This document shows positions 20,747-29,871 of a stretch of 64,000 bases of DNA, in pieces. The DNA lies in contig CAVTUQ010000011.1 in NCBI GenBank assembly GCA_963737905.1, positions 56,924-120,923 on the forward strand, written 5' to 3'. The stretch is from an uncultured delta proteobacterium (GTDB lineage Bacteria > Desulfobacterota > Binatia > UBA9968). The position numbers and the translations under genes were made by a program. The notes under the pieces are model-generated. The model made no database searches. It was not told where the DNA came from and saw only the letters and a program-made list of their open reading frames with translations. How positions within the stretch are numbered: the stretch's first letter is position 1; each line of letters opens with the position of its first letter.

Positions 20747-20872
20747 AAGTGGAGAAGAGATATGCCGATTTTTTCCCGGAAAGGGTGAGAAACCACCTGG
20801 AGGACAAATCTACTCGGGTAAGGCTTCCGGCGGCAAAATTCGCCGCGCAGATCCTCAACTGGCGCGAAAAGA

Positions 20873-20981
20873 GTTCAAATTGTTCCAGTCGTTGAAATCT
20901 TTCAAACCGTCGGACCAGAGAGCAGTGCAGGACCCGTGAATCAAACATTCGGGCCTTTGAACGTTTTTGAACGGCTTGAAC
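20873..20981. repeat. 9-nt periodic inverted repeat between convergent genes
   Basis: GTTCAAATT GTTCCAGTC GTTGAAATC TTTCAAACC ... TTTGAACGT TTTTGAACG GCTTGAAC. Confidence 0.6.
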
Positions 20982-20983
20982 TA

Positions 20984-22111
20984 TTATAGATTCGGCATCT
21001 CGCAGGGCACTCCTGTTTTCTTCATTTCACCTTCGTAGTGTTTCCGGATATGCGGATCCTCGTCGCCGTACTCTATCAATGTGCCGCCGCGCTTCACGTC
21101 AATATAGACTCCGTCTTCACTTCGCTTGTCGGCAATCTTAAAGCCGATGGGATGAATTCGGCTGCCATAACGAATCGCCAGATGGCGCGCGCCTTGCGGC
21201 CCGGTATTAAAGTGCTGATGGAACCAACCGCCGGGCGGACAATAGACGCTTCCCTCCTTCCATTTCACCTCCACGACTTCCTCGCCGTGACCGGTTTGAT
21301 AAGGCTGGATTCCCAACTCTTTCGACCAGAGCAGGACATAGCCCGACGACTGCAATCCCAATAAAATCGCCCCCGGGCCGTGGTAGTGAGCTTTGTGATA
21401 ACGCCCCGCCGGCCATTGGGCCAGATGGCCGATCAATCCATTGCCCGCCAGCTCGAACTGGGTGATGCGGACTCCCGCTCCTTTGACCTCTCTCTGATCC
21501 AAAGTCGCCGACTGAATGTCCATGATGAAGTTTGTTTCCCAGATGTGCTGCATGCCCGACTCGTAGCGCTTCTGTCCGACGTTGAAAAACCCGTCGGCAC
21601 CCGAGTAGCGATCTGAAAAGATATAGGGACAATCAAAAACGAAATCCTGATTGTGAAAGACGTCCATGACTAGAGGGGCGTTGGTGACAGCCAAAAACTT
21701 AACCGGCTGCCGACCGCCGTTGATCAGCCGATGCCAACTATTGAGCGGCGGAGCGAAGAGGCTCCATGGCCCCCACTCGAACATCTGCTTGCGCCCGCCT
21801 TCCTGCCATACTTCCGTAGCTCCCTGTCCGCTCAGGATGCAAATCACCTCTTCGTAAAAATGCTTTTCCGGTTCCAGCGCGCCACCGGAGGGGATTTCAG
21901 CCACGTACATTCCCGTCACTCCCTCCATCCCGTAAAGATTGATCAAGGCCGCCCTCCCTCCGAGCCGTGGCCAATAATCCATCTCGACTTCGCGCACGTC
22001 TTCAATACCATAGCCATCCACGACAGGGATCCCCTGACGCGCCATCCACTGGAAATAAGCGGTCTTCTGAAACGCAGCCATTAAGTCTCTCATTCGCTCA
22101 TTTAGTGACAT
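20984..22111 (-). CDS. Bicupin-domain protein
   Basis: EKHFYEEVICILSGQG...PLNSWHRL and HKAHYHGPGA...WFHQHFNTG; GTG start with GGAGG. Confidence 0.85.
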   Translation of the reverse strand: MSLNERMRDLMAAFQKTAYFQWMARQGIPVVDGYGIEDVREVEMDYWPRLGGRAALINLYGMEGVTGMYVAEIPSGGALEPEKHFYEEVICILSGQGATEVWQEGGRKQMFEWGPWSLFAPPLNSWHRLINGGRQPVKFLAVTNAPLVMDVFHNQDFVFDCPYIFSDRYSGADGFFNVGQKRYESGMQHIWETNFIMDIQSATLDQREVKGAGVRITQFELAGNGLIGHLAQWPAGRYHKAHYHGPGAILLGLQSSGYVLLWSKELGIQPYQTGHGEEVVEVKWKEGSVYCPPGGWFHQHFNTGPQGARHLAIRYGSRIHPIGFKIADKRSEDGVYIDVKRGGTLIEYGDEDPHIRKHYEGEMKKTGVPCEMPNL

Positions 22112-22469
22112 AACCCCTCCCTATTCCCGTGAGGCGGCAACCTGTGTTTGCCGTGCATTTTTAACTTCCTTATCCAACAACCTTGTTCTTACGTCAACTT
22201 CATTAGTATAGCGGTGGGTTTTCTCTTGTTCACGCCTTCTACCCAGACGCCTCACGCTCGTGACTGCGCTTTTTTACCTCTTGCTATTGCATAGCGGTAC
22301 AAATAGAGTCATGTTCTAGATCACCGTCATCAATGAAGGGCAGCACAGTACTATTAGGTGTAACGTCCTTTTTCGTCTCTTTGCCTGCGTGTCGCACAAT
22401 AGGTCTTCGAGCTTTACTCCGTCGAGAACTCCGGCAGCCAATCGATTGTTTCATTTCTAACTCGCAGCT

Positions 22470-22907
22470 GTGAAACCCGCCCTACGAGTAAGGCAAGTTT
22501 CTTCGAGAAAGGAGCTAGAGAACGCTTATAGCATTCGCACACGCGTATTTGTAAGAGAGCAAGGTGTCCCGGAGGCGATTGAAATGGATCGCGACGACAA
22601 GCGCGCGCTTCATTTTCTCGCTTTCGCCGCGGAAAGAGCGGTGGGGACAGCAAGGGTTGTCATGCGTTACCGCAAGGCAAAGATAGGACGTATGGCGGTG
22701 CTAAAAGCCTATCGCGGGAGGGGCATCGGAACGAAGCTTTTAAAGCGAGCCATCGTGATGGCGAAAAAACAGGGCGCGCTACAGATTTATCTCCACGCTC
22801 AAGTTCCCGTGATTGGTTTCTATGAGGCTATGGCCTTTCAATGCGTCGGTCCGGTTTTTAAGGAAGCCGGAATCCCGCATCGAAAGATGATTTTGGTGCA
22901 GCGATGA
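22470..22907 (+). CDS. GNAT family N-acetyltransferase (ElaA/YjcF-like)
   Basis: IRTRVFVREQGVP, IGRMAVLKAYRGRGIG, LHAQ..VIGFY, EAGIPHRKM. Confidence 0.9.
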   Translation: MKPALRVRQVSSRKELENAYSIRTRVFVREQGVPEAIEMDRDDKRALHFLAFAAERAVGTARVVMRYRKAKIGRMAVLKAYRGRGIGTKLLKRAIVMAKKQGALQIYLHAQVPVIGFYEAMAFQCVGPVFKEAGIPHRKMILVQR

Positions 22908-23173
22908 GCGAAAAAGAATTGACCGTTTTCAGATGTGTCTGCTCTCAAAAGATCGACTTCTCCAGGATTTTTTCATCCGCTGAATAACTTCTGGTGGCTG
23001 GGCAAGCAACGGTTTGCCCAAAGCTTTCAAGCGCGTCGCCGCTCACAGGATTTGGCTCCACTCCGTCAAAACGTCTCCGGCTTGACCGACCACGTAAATT
23101 CTCGTAGTGTCCGGCCAGCCGCTGCGATGAGCGGATCGATCATCCCAAGCCTAGACCCTTTTCAGGAGCGTCT

Positions 23174-24175
23174 GTGATGGACTGCGACAAATTCCTTTCT
23201 GAGAATAAAACGTTCTGGATCTTGGTAATCAGCACGATCCTGTTGTGCGTTTTCTACAAGTCTGCCGCGGGCGCGGATAAAATAACAATGGCGTTCTCGG
23301 CGATTGCACCCACTCAGGGGGTGTTATGGGTAGCGGACGTAGGCGGACTTTTTAAGAAGAACGATCTTAGCGCAGAAATTATTTATACGCGAGCGGCGAT
23401 TGAAACGCTGGTGGCGGGGGAAGTTGACTTCGCACAGATGACAGGAGCGCTCATGTCCTCTGCCAGGCTGCAAGGAGCCGATCCTGTGATGATTGCCGGT
23501 GTCCAGGATACTCTGGAGGATCGGCTGATCGTCAGGCCCAACATCAAATCCATGGAGGAACTCAAAGGAAAACGCATCGGTGTCTTTCGTTTCGGATCGG
23601 CCTCGCATCTGCGCTTGCTATACGTCCTCCCGCGCTATGGTTTGAGCGAGCGGGACGTCACTTTGCTTCAGGTCGGCGATACTCCGGAACGCCTGATCGC
23701 ATTATCGGCAGGTTCGATCGATGCTACGCTTCTCTCGCCTCCGGACCACCTCGAGGCGTTGCGCTTGGGCGCGAAGATATTGCTCAATCTGCGCGACTTC
23801 AAGGTGCCTTTCCAAGGCACGGGTTTGGTGACGACCCAGCGCGTTCTTGTAAGAAAGCGCGATGTCGCAAGACGCGTTCTTAGATCGTACGTAGAGGCGA
23901 TCCACCTGGTGAAAACCAATCCCGATATCTCCAAAAAGGCCTTCGCCAAGTACCGCCAGACCAAAGACGACAAACGGCTGGAAGACGCCTACCAAACTCT
24001 CCGTGACATCGTTAAACCCAAGCCCTACCCTTCTATCGATGGTTTTAAAACCATTATTCAAGATGCGAGCGAAAGGATTCCCGCTGCAAGGGCTGCCAAC
24101 CCAAAAGATTTCATTGACGTCACTTTGTTGGAAGAATTGGATCGTTCGGGATATATCGATGCGCTCTATAAATGA
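23174..24175 (+). CDS. ABC transporter substrate-binding protein, NMT1/THI5-like
   Basis: Signal peptide; GLFKKNDL, IKSMEELKGKRIGV, ALSAGSIDA, LEELDRSGYIDALY; paralog of 10550..11554. Confidence 0.85.
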   Translation: MMDCDKFLSENKTFWILVISTILLCVFYKSAAGADKITMAFSAIAPTQGVLWVADVGGLFKKNDLSAEIIYTRAAIETLVAGEVDFAQMTGALMSSARLQGADPVMIAGVQDTLEDRLIVRPNIKSMEELKGKRIGVFRFGSASHLRLLYVLPRYGLSERDVTLLQVGDTPERLIALSAGSIDATLLSPPDHLEALRLGAKILLNLRDFKVPFQGTGLVTTQRVLVRKRDVARRVLRSYVEAIHLVKTNPDISKKAFAKYRQTKDDKRLEDAYQTLRDIVKPKPYPSIDGFKTIIQDASERIPAARAANPKDFIDVTLLEELDRSGYIDALYK

Positions 24176-24432
24176 GGCTTGGCGGTCCTTGGTTCTCAGG
24201 GAGACACAATGAAATACAGCAGCGATCGTATTTTAATCACCCCTTGGCAAATCTTTCAGTAAAGATGGAACCGTCAGCGACGCGGAACTCAAATTTCACG
24301 AGCAACACATTCAAAAACATGGAAAAGCAAGCGGCGATACATCGCCTGGCAAGATAGCTGATCTTTCGCCTGCTTCTGACCAAATCCGCGGGGAACCGAG
24401 TCCATAACTGCCCCTCCATCCTTATGTTTAAA

Positions 24433-24786
24433 CTAGGACTGCGCGTACTTTCGATAAATCATGTCTGTCTTGGCAGCCATGATGAAATCGTTTTTATGCA
24501 GGTTGCGGATCTTGTGGGTCCACCAGGTGACCGCGACCTTGCCCCACTCCGTGGTCAGGCGAGGATGATGACCTTCTTTTTCGGCTTCTTCGCCGACCGC
24601 GTCGGTGAAGGCGATGGCGTCTTTAAAGTTTTTAAATTTGAACAGCCGATCCAACTTGGGAATGCCGTCTTCAGTGATCATCTGCCACTCCGGTATCTGG
24701 GGTTGTAATCCTCTGATCTCTTCGGCGGTCACCGACGGCGCTCCGACTCGGCAGGCCTCGCATTTTTGTTCGGTGAGTTCTTCCAT
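24433..24786 (-). CDS. phhB: Pterin-4-alpha-carbinolamine dehydratase
   Basis: CEACR, FKFKNF, AEKEGHHP, WWTHKI..LHKNDFIMAAK. Confidence 0.92.
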   Translation of the reverse strand: MEELTEQKCEACRVGAPSVTAEEIRGLQPQIPEWQMITEDGIPKLDRLFKFKNFKDAIAFTDAVGEEAEKEGHHPRLTTEWGKVAVTWWTHKIRNLHKNDFIMAAKTDMIYRKYAQS

Positions 24787-24820
24787 ATCTCCGTTCCTCC
24801 GTTACTTGAACGACTGCGCT

Positions 24821-25876
24821 TTACAATCGCGGCATCACCTCTCGGGCGAACTGTTCCATCGATTCCTTAACCCAAAGGTGCGGCACGCTGCCAATATTGT
24901 GCCAGGTGAGAAAATGCGTCGCGCCCGTCTTTTCCACGAGTTCACGTAATTTTTCCAAGGCGAAGCTCGAATCGCCGACCACGGCATGCTGGCCGCAGAC
25001 GGTTTCGTAGGTGACGGGCAGGCCGGCGCCGCTTCTGCCGAGGCGTGCCGGCAATTCCACGCCACGGCGAGTCAACCAGTCGATATAGTCACTACGCATA
25101 TCGGCGATCGTCTTGAAGTAGCTCATGATCCCCTCCTCGGCGCGCGCTTTGGCCTCGGCCGTGGTCTTAGCCAGATGCATTGGAACCAACAAGCCCAGCT
25201 CTTTTTCATTTCGATCATATCCGTGCTTTTGCAATCCCGCCCAATAAACGTCGGCGAAGTCCGTCACCTGCGCGGGCGTTCGGGTGTGGATGGGAACCAA
25301 TAAATTGACGCCAAGGCGGGCGCCGACTTCCACGCCCTCCAAAGAACTCGTCGCCATATAAAATGGCGGCAGAGGATGCTGCACGGGTTTGGGATTCACG
25401 ACAACTTGGGGAATCTGAAAAAACTTGCCTTCAAAGGTAAGAGCTTCTTCCGTCCACGCCTTGCGGATAATGGTGAGACTTTCCTCCATGACTTCATGGG
25501 TCTGCTTGTGATCGACGTCAAAACATTCATAAACGCGACTGTGAGGATGACCGCCGCCAGCAGCAAAATCCATCCGCCCGTGGCTCAAGAGATCGAGCAT
25601 CGCCGACTGTTCCGCAAGGTGCACCGGGTGGTGAACCGGCAGCGTATTGACAGCGACGCCAAGTCGCAGTTGCCGTGTCCTTTGCGCGACAGCCCCGAGC
25701 ACTACATAAGGGGCGGAAAGAAGCGAAAATTTTGGTTGGCAGTGGATCTCCGCAATCCAAAAGCCGTGGAAACCCAGTCGATCCGCCAATTCCGCTTGAT
25801 CCAAAAATTCATTCAATCGCACATATGGGGAGGCACCCGCCGGACACTGGATTTCTGTAAAAAGACTAAATTTCAT
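24821..25876 (-). CDS. LLM-class (luciferase-like) flavin-dependent oxidoreductase
   Basis: ADRLGFHGFWIAEIH, VAQRT..LRLG, LAEQSAMLDLLSHGR, PKPVQHPLPP, FAREVMPRL. Confidence 0.9.
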   Translation of the reverse strand: MKFSLFTEIQCPAGASPYVRLNEFLDQAELADRLGFHGFWIAEIHCQPKFSLLSAPYVVLGAVAQRTRQLRLGVAVNTLPVHHPVHLAEQSAMLDLLSHGRMDFAAGGGHPHSRVYECFDVDHKQTHEVMEESLTIIRKAWTEEALTFEGKFFQIPQVVVNPKPVQHPLPPFYMATSSLEGVEVGARLGVNLLVPIHTRTPAQVTDFADVYWAGLQKHGYDRNEKELGLLVPMHLAKTTAEAKARAEEGIMSYFKTIADMRSDYIDWLTRRGVELPARLGRSGAGLPVTYETVCGQHAVVGDSSFALEKLRELVEKTGATHFLTWHNIGSVPHLWVKESMEQFAREVMPRL

Positions 25877-25934
25877 CTGAACAGGTTAGGAACGACCGCT
25901 TCCGTTGCCTATAGCGTCCCCGGTTACCACGACT

Positions 25935-27536
25935 CTACCATCCGAGTGCATAGGCTTCTCGTCGGGGATCGGCGCCTCCCATCCACGTTCCCGTGTTATC
26001 GTCTTTGACGATGACCTTAGCGCTGCCGAAGGACCAGCGATCCACTACGGAAACTTTGTGGCCCTGCCTGCTTAAACGGTCGATTACTTGCGCGTCAAAA
26101 CCTTCTTCCATCCGCAAGTGCTCGGGAAGTTGATCCCGTGGCGGCGTGCCCGGCTGGTGGCTCCAGCGCGGATCTTCAACTGCCGCTTGAGGATCCATTC
26201 CCAAGTCCAATATATTATGGAGAACCTGAAGATTTGTTTGCGGCTGCTCGTCAGCGCCAGGGCTCCCTCCCACCGCAAAAAACTCACCGCCCTTGAAGAC
26301 CATATAGGTATTCAGCGTATGCGCGGGCCGTTTGCCCGGTTTTAGCGAGTTCGCTTTGCTTGAATCGAGCCCGAAGCTGCAAAGCCGATTGTTCATGATA
26401 ACGCCCGTCTCCCCGGCGATTACGCGAGACCCAAAGGGCGCGAAGACACTTTGGATCAACGAAATCGCGTTGCCGTCGCGGTCTGTGGCGCAGAGATAGG
26501 TGGTGTCGCCCCCCAACGCGGTAGCAGCGGTTTGGGACCGGTGAATCACATCGGTAAGGAACTCTCGTCGCTTTGCCGCATACTCCTTCGAAACCAGCAT
26601 TGGAATTTTTGGATCGCCGAACGCGGGGTCTTCCAGGTGCCGGATGCGATCTTCAAAGGCGAGCTTCTTAGCTCCCACCTGATAGTGAATGCTATCAGCG
26701 CGTTGAATCCCTCCCGCCTGGAGCGGCCACGCCTCGATGATATTCAGCATTTCGAGAACCATGAATCCCTGAGAGACCGGGGGCTGTTCGAAGACTACAT
26801 AATCCCTATAAGGAGTACTGAGGGGTTCGAGCCACCGCGCTACATTGCCCTGAAAATCGTCCTGCGCGAGCACGCCGCCTTCGGCTTTCAGTGTTCGGCA
26901 GATAGCCTCCGCAACCTCGCCGCTGTAAAATCCATCACGGCCATTGAGTGAAATCTTTGCCAGTACGTCTCCCAGCCCTTTTTGAACGATAAGTTTTCCA
27001 GGCGTGGGCTCCCCGATCGGTCGGCGAAAATAACGGTCAACCCAGGGAAACTCCGAGCTCAACTCCTCAATCGCCTCCGCCAGTTCCAGATGGAGCGGGA
27101 ACCCGCCGCGGGCGAGAGTAATCGCGTCAGACGTGAGCCGGCTCAGATCCTGAGTGCCATATTTTCTGTGAAGTTCGAGCCATCCATCGACCGCCCCGGG
27201 CACCGCCACGCTCAACGGACCCGAAGTCGGAACACTCTTCAGTCCCTGTTCCCGAAAATAGTCGATGCTTGCCCTGGCAGGCGCCGGGCCACTGGCGTTA
27301 ATCGCCTCGACCTTTCCGTTCTTTTCCATAAAGACCAACGCAAAAAGATCCCCGCCAGGACCGCACGCTTCGGGCTTCACCACCGCCATCACGAACGCCG
27401 CCGCAAGGGCCGCATCGATCGCATTACCACCTTCCTGGAGGACTTTAACTCCGGCCAACGCTCCGAGACTGTGACCTGCCGAAACCATTCCGTTTCGTCC
27501 CATAATGACGGGGCGCGCCGATTTATTGAAGTTCAT
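25935..27536 (-). CDS. ggt: Gamma-glutamyltransferase-family Ntn hydrolase
   Basis: GGNAIDAA, GGDLF, VPGAVDGW, autoproteolytic GDTTYL, PGKRPAHTL, GGADPRR. Confidence 0.88.
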   Translation of the reverse strand: MNFNKSARPVIMGRNGMVSAGHSLGALAGVKVLQEGGNAIDAALAAAFVMAVVKPEACGPGGDLFALVFMEKNGKVEAINASGPAPARASIDYFREQGLKSVPTSGPLSVAVPGAVDGWLELHRKYGTQDLSRLTSDAITLARGGFPLHLELAEAIEELSSEFPWVDRYFRRPIGEPTPGKLIVQKGLGDVLAKISLNGRDGFYSGEVAEAICRTLKAEGGVLAQDDFQGNVARWLEPLSTPYRDYVVFEQPPVSQGFMVLEMLNIIEAWPLQAGGIQRADSIHYQVGAKKLAFEDRIRHLEDPAFGDPKIPMLVSKEYAAKRREFLTDVIHRSQTAATALGGDTTYLCATDRDGNAISLIQSVFAPFGSRVIAGETGVIMNNRLCSFGLDSSKANSLKPGKRPAHTLNTYMVFKGGEFFAVGGSPGADEQPQTNLQVLHNILDLGMDPQAAVEDPRWSHQPGTPPRDQLPEHLRMEEGFDAQVIDRLSRQGHKVSVVDRWSFGSAKVIVKDDNTGTWMGGADPRREAYALGW

Positions 27537-28596
27537 AATCCTCCTCTAAACCGAGAATCTTCTGGGCGTTGCCGCCAAGGATTTTTCCCTTTTCATCTTT
27601 GCTTAGCTCCAGTCCCTCGATAGCTTTCAGACTGTTTTTGACCAGGAGGCAGCCTTCTTCGGGGCCGTACGGATAATTGGTCCCGAGTACAAGTCTGTCG
27701 ACTCCAAAGAAGTCTTTCACACACCTTAATGTCGACGCGGGGTGATCCGCAGTGTCGACGTAAAATCGCCTAAATGAATCAAGCGGGTTTTCCTGTAATC
27801 CATATCTCTGCCTGATTTCCTCAGTGCGGCCGCTGTAGATATTGATCGCCCGCTGCGCGAAGAAAGCCAGCACTCCGCCCACGTCGGCCACGACAAAGTT
27901 GATCTCCGGAAACCTTTCCAACACTCGGCCATAGACCAAGCGGGTCATCGCCACCGTACTGTCAAAAGCCCAGCCGAAGATCAAGGTCGGCATGATATCG
28001 ATTCCTGTGGCCTCGGTAGCTAACGGAGCGGTGGGATGGATATAGACGGGCAGCTTGTATCGTGCCAGCCGTTCATAGATCGGAAACAACTCTTCACGGT
28101 CGAGGGGTTTTCCGTTGAGATTCGCGAAAGAGCCAAAGCCCCGCAGTCCCAGCTCGTTGATACTTCGCTCCAGCTCATCGAGTGAATTCTTAATTGAGGA
28201 GGTCGGCAAAGTGAAAAATCCGATAAAGCGCTTAGGGTGTTGCCGACAAATGGCTGCCACAGCATTGTTGGCAATCTTGGCTAGGCTGATAGCGCCGTCG
28301 CCTTCAAAACGGTCTGCGCCGGGAGCCGGAATGGTCAACACATGAATATCAATCCCCAGCTGATCCATGTGGGCCAATCTACGCTCGATATTTTGCCCCT
28401 GGAAGGTCGCCGTGTTGATGCGGCAGCGGAGCTTCTTGTCGTAAAAGTAAGTCATGCCGCTGTGCGGATCGGGGGCTTCCAACACCACCGCACCGTCGAG
28501 GCGTTGCATCTCCTCAATATAGGCTTCGGGGAAAATATGGGCTTGAAAATCGACGACCATAAGCCGATCCGGATCAGGGCGTGAAAGCACAGGCAC
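27523..28596 (-). CDS. Amidohydrolase_2 (ACMSD/LigW-like) protein with atypical active-site residues; start may be 28560
   Basis: MDQLGIDIHVL, ELERSINELGLRG, PVYIHP, LERFPEINFVVADVGG, LVLGTNYPY. Confidence 0.85.
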   Translation of the reverse strand: MPVLSRPDPDRLMVVDFQAHIFPEAYIEEMQRLDGAVVLEAPDPHSGMTYFYDKKLRCRINTATFQGQNIERRLAHMDQLGIDIHVLTIPAPGADRFEGDGAISLAKIANNAVAAICRQHPKRFIGFFTLPTSSIKNSLDELERSINELGLRGFGSFANLNGKPLDREELFPIYERLARYKLPVYIHPTAPLATEATGIDIMPTLIFGWAFDSTVAMTRLVYGRVLERFPEINFVVADVGGVLAFFAQRAINIYSGRTEEIRQRYGLQENPLDSFRRFYVDTADHPASTLRCVKDFFGVDRLVLGTNYPYGPEEGCLLVKNSLKAIEGLELSKDEKGKILGGNAQKILGLEEDYELQ

Positions 28597-28611
28597 GGTG
28601 ATGCTTACAGA

Positions 28612-29649
28612 CTAAAGGCCGTACAGCGCCCTGGCATTGTCATCCAGAATCTTATTGACGATCTCAGGCGGCACCGTACCATCTTCTTTGAGTTTGCGAA
28701 GCGCCAGGATCTCGGAAGAGGTATCATTGTGGCCATAATCCGTACCGATGACCAGCTGATCCTCTCCCGAATATTTCAGCACATAAGGGAGATCGTCATC
28801 GGTTTGGCACGCCACGTAGATTCGGTTTTTTCGCAGCACATTCCCCTTGTCCACGTGCTTTCCGCCCCGTTCGAACCGTCTGGCAAAGTCATGAATCGCA
28901 TAGGGCACCCACTGAGAGCTTACCTCGATGAAAGCGAATTTGGTCTTGGGAAATTTGTCCGGGATCTCATGGAAGATCAAGGCGTGGAACGAGCCCACCA
29001 CAGCGAGTTTGAATTTGGAAAACCCGCATTCGTTCAGGAAAAAATCATGCACGGCAAAGCTCCCCGTGGCCGAGTGCACGCAGACCGGCAAATCCAACCG
29101 CCCCGCTTCTTCATAGAGAGGGAAAAAATGAGAGTCGCTGAGGCGCTTGTCCCCTTCGAGACCGCGCATGAATATACCGCAGGCGCCGTTCTCTTTGGCG
29201 AAGCGAGCCTCCTCCAGCGCTTTGTCCATCGTGAGCAGCGGTAATACGGCCACCCAGCGCAACCGCTCCGGTGCACGCTTCCAGATATCGACGAGCCAGC
29301 GATTGTAGCTTCGGGTCACCGCCAGTTCCAACTCCGGCCGGCGTGTGAACGGCCGTAAAAAAATAGTCGGATAGAGTACCTGCACATCGACGTCTAGCTC
29401 GTCCATGTGCTTGAGGCGCGCGTTGATATCGTCCATTTCCCTAGCTTCTTTCGGGGTCTCGTGGCCGACATTGCGCGCCTTTCCGATATAGACACTATCG
29501 ATCAGCCACGACTCACCGCCGGTACTCGGGTCGTCCGGTGTCGCCACGATGCGGGGCCTGTATTCTCGCTCCGACTCCAACAGGTAGTCCCAGGTTCGTT
29601 CCGTTTCTAAAACGTGGGCATCGGAATCAATAACTGCCATTTCTGTCAA
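28612..29649 (-). CDS. Amidohydrolase_2 family protein
   Basis: IDSDAHV, MDELDVDVQVLYPT, YNRWL, PVCVHS, GTDYGHND, DNARALY. Confidence 0.88.
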   Translation of the reverse strand: MTEMAVIDSDAHVLETERTWDYLLESEREYRPRIVATPDDPSTGGESWLIDSVYIGKARNVGHETPKEAREMDDINARLKHMDELDVDVQVLYPTIFLRPFTRRPELELAVTRSYNRWLVDIWKRAPERLRWVAVLPLLTMDKALEEARFAKENGACGIFMRGLEGDKRLSDSHFFPLYEEAGRLDLPVCVHSATGSFAVHDFFLNECGFSKFKLAVVGSFHALIFHEIPDKFPKTKFAFIEVSSQWVPYAIHDFARRFERGGKHVDKGNVLRKNRIYVACQTDDDLPYVLKYSGEDQLVIGTDYGHNDTSSEILALRKLKEDGTVPPEIVNKILDDNARALYGL

Positions 29650-29855
29650 CCTCCAAATCTCGGCTTGGCCAACGATTGCTTAGGCCCGGCCCGTTCCGTC
29701 TTAGAACCGACGGAGCTATTGCAACCCTGGCAGGTGTAATCATACAACTCGCCGTCCGGCAGCACCAAAAGCAAGCGTTCTCTTACCGGCATCGCTCTGC
29801 GGCAATTGTTACAGTAAAGCAACGCCGCGTTGAATTGATCGAAAGACTGCTCCAT
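29646..29855 (-). CDS. Small zinc-ribbon protein (CxxC...CxxC)
   Basis: YCNNC...LLLVLPDGELYDYTCQGC; lies 16 nt after fusA2 and overlaps the next gene by 4 nt. Confidence 0.75.
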   Translation of the reverse strand: MEQSFDQFNAALLYCNNCRRAMPVRERLLLVLPDGELYDYTCQGCNSSVGSKTERAGPKQSLAKPRFGG

Positions 29856-29871
29856 AAGAAACTCTCAACTC

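Noticed and set aside
3054-20981. CRISPR array interpretation of the short repeats
   Set aside because: Units are 8-9 nt, degenerate and lack spacers; no cas genes.
22908-23173. Possible gene remnant or 80-aa ORF between the GNAT and SBP genes
   Set aside because: Protein-like stretches on the minus strand are interrupted by stops, and I cannot assign a family.
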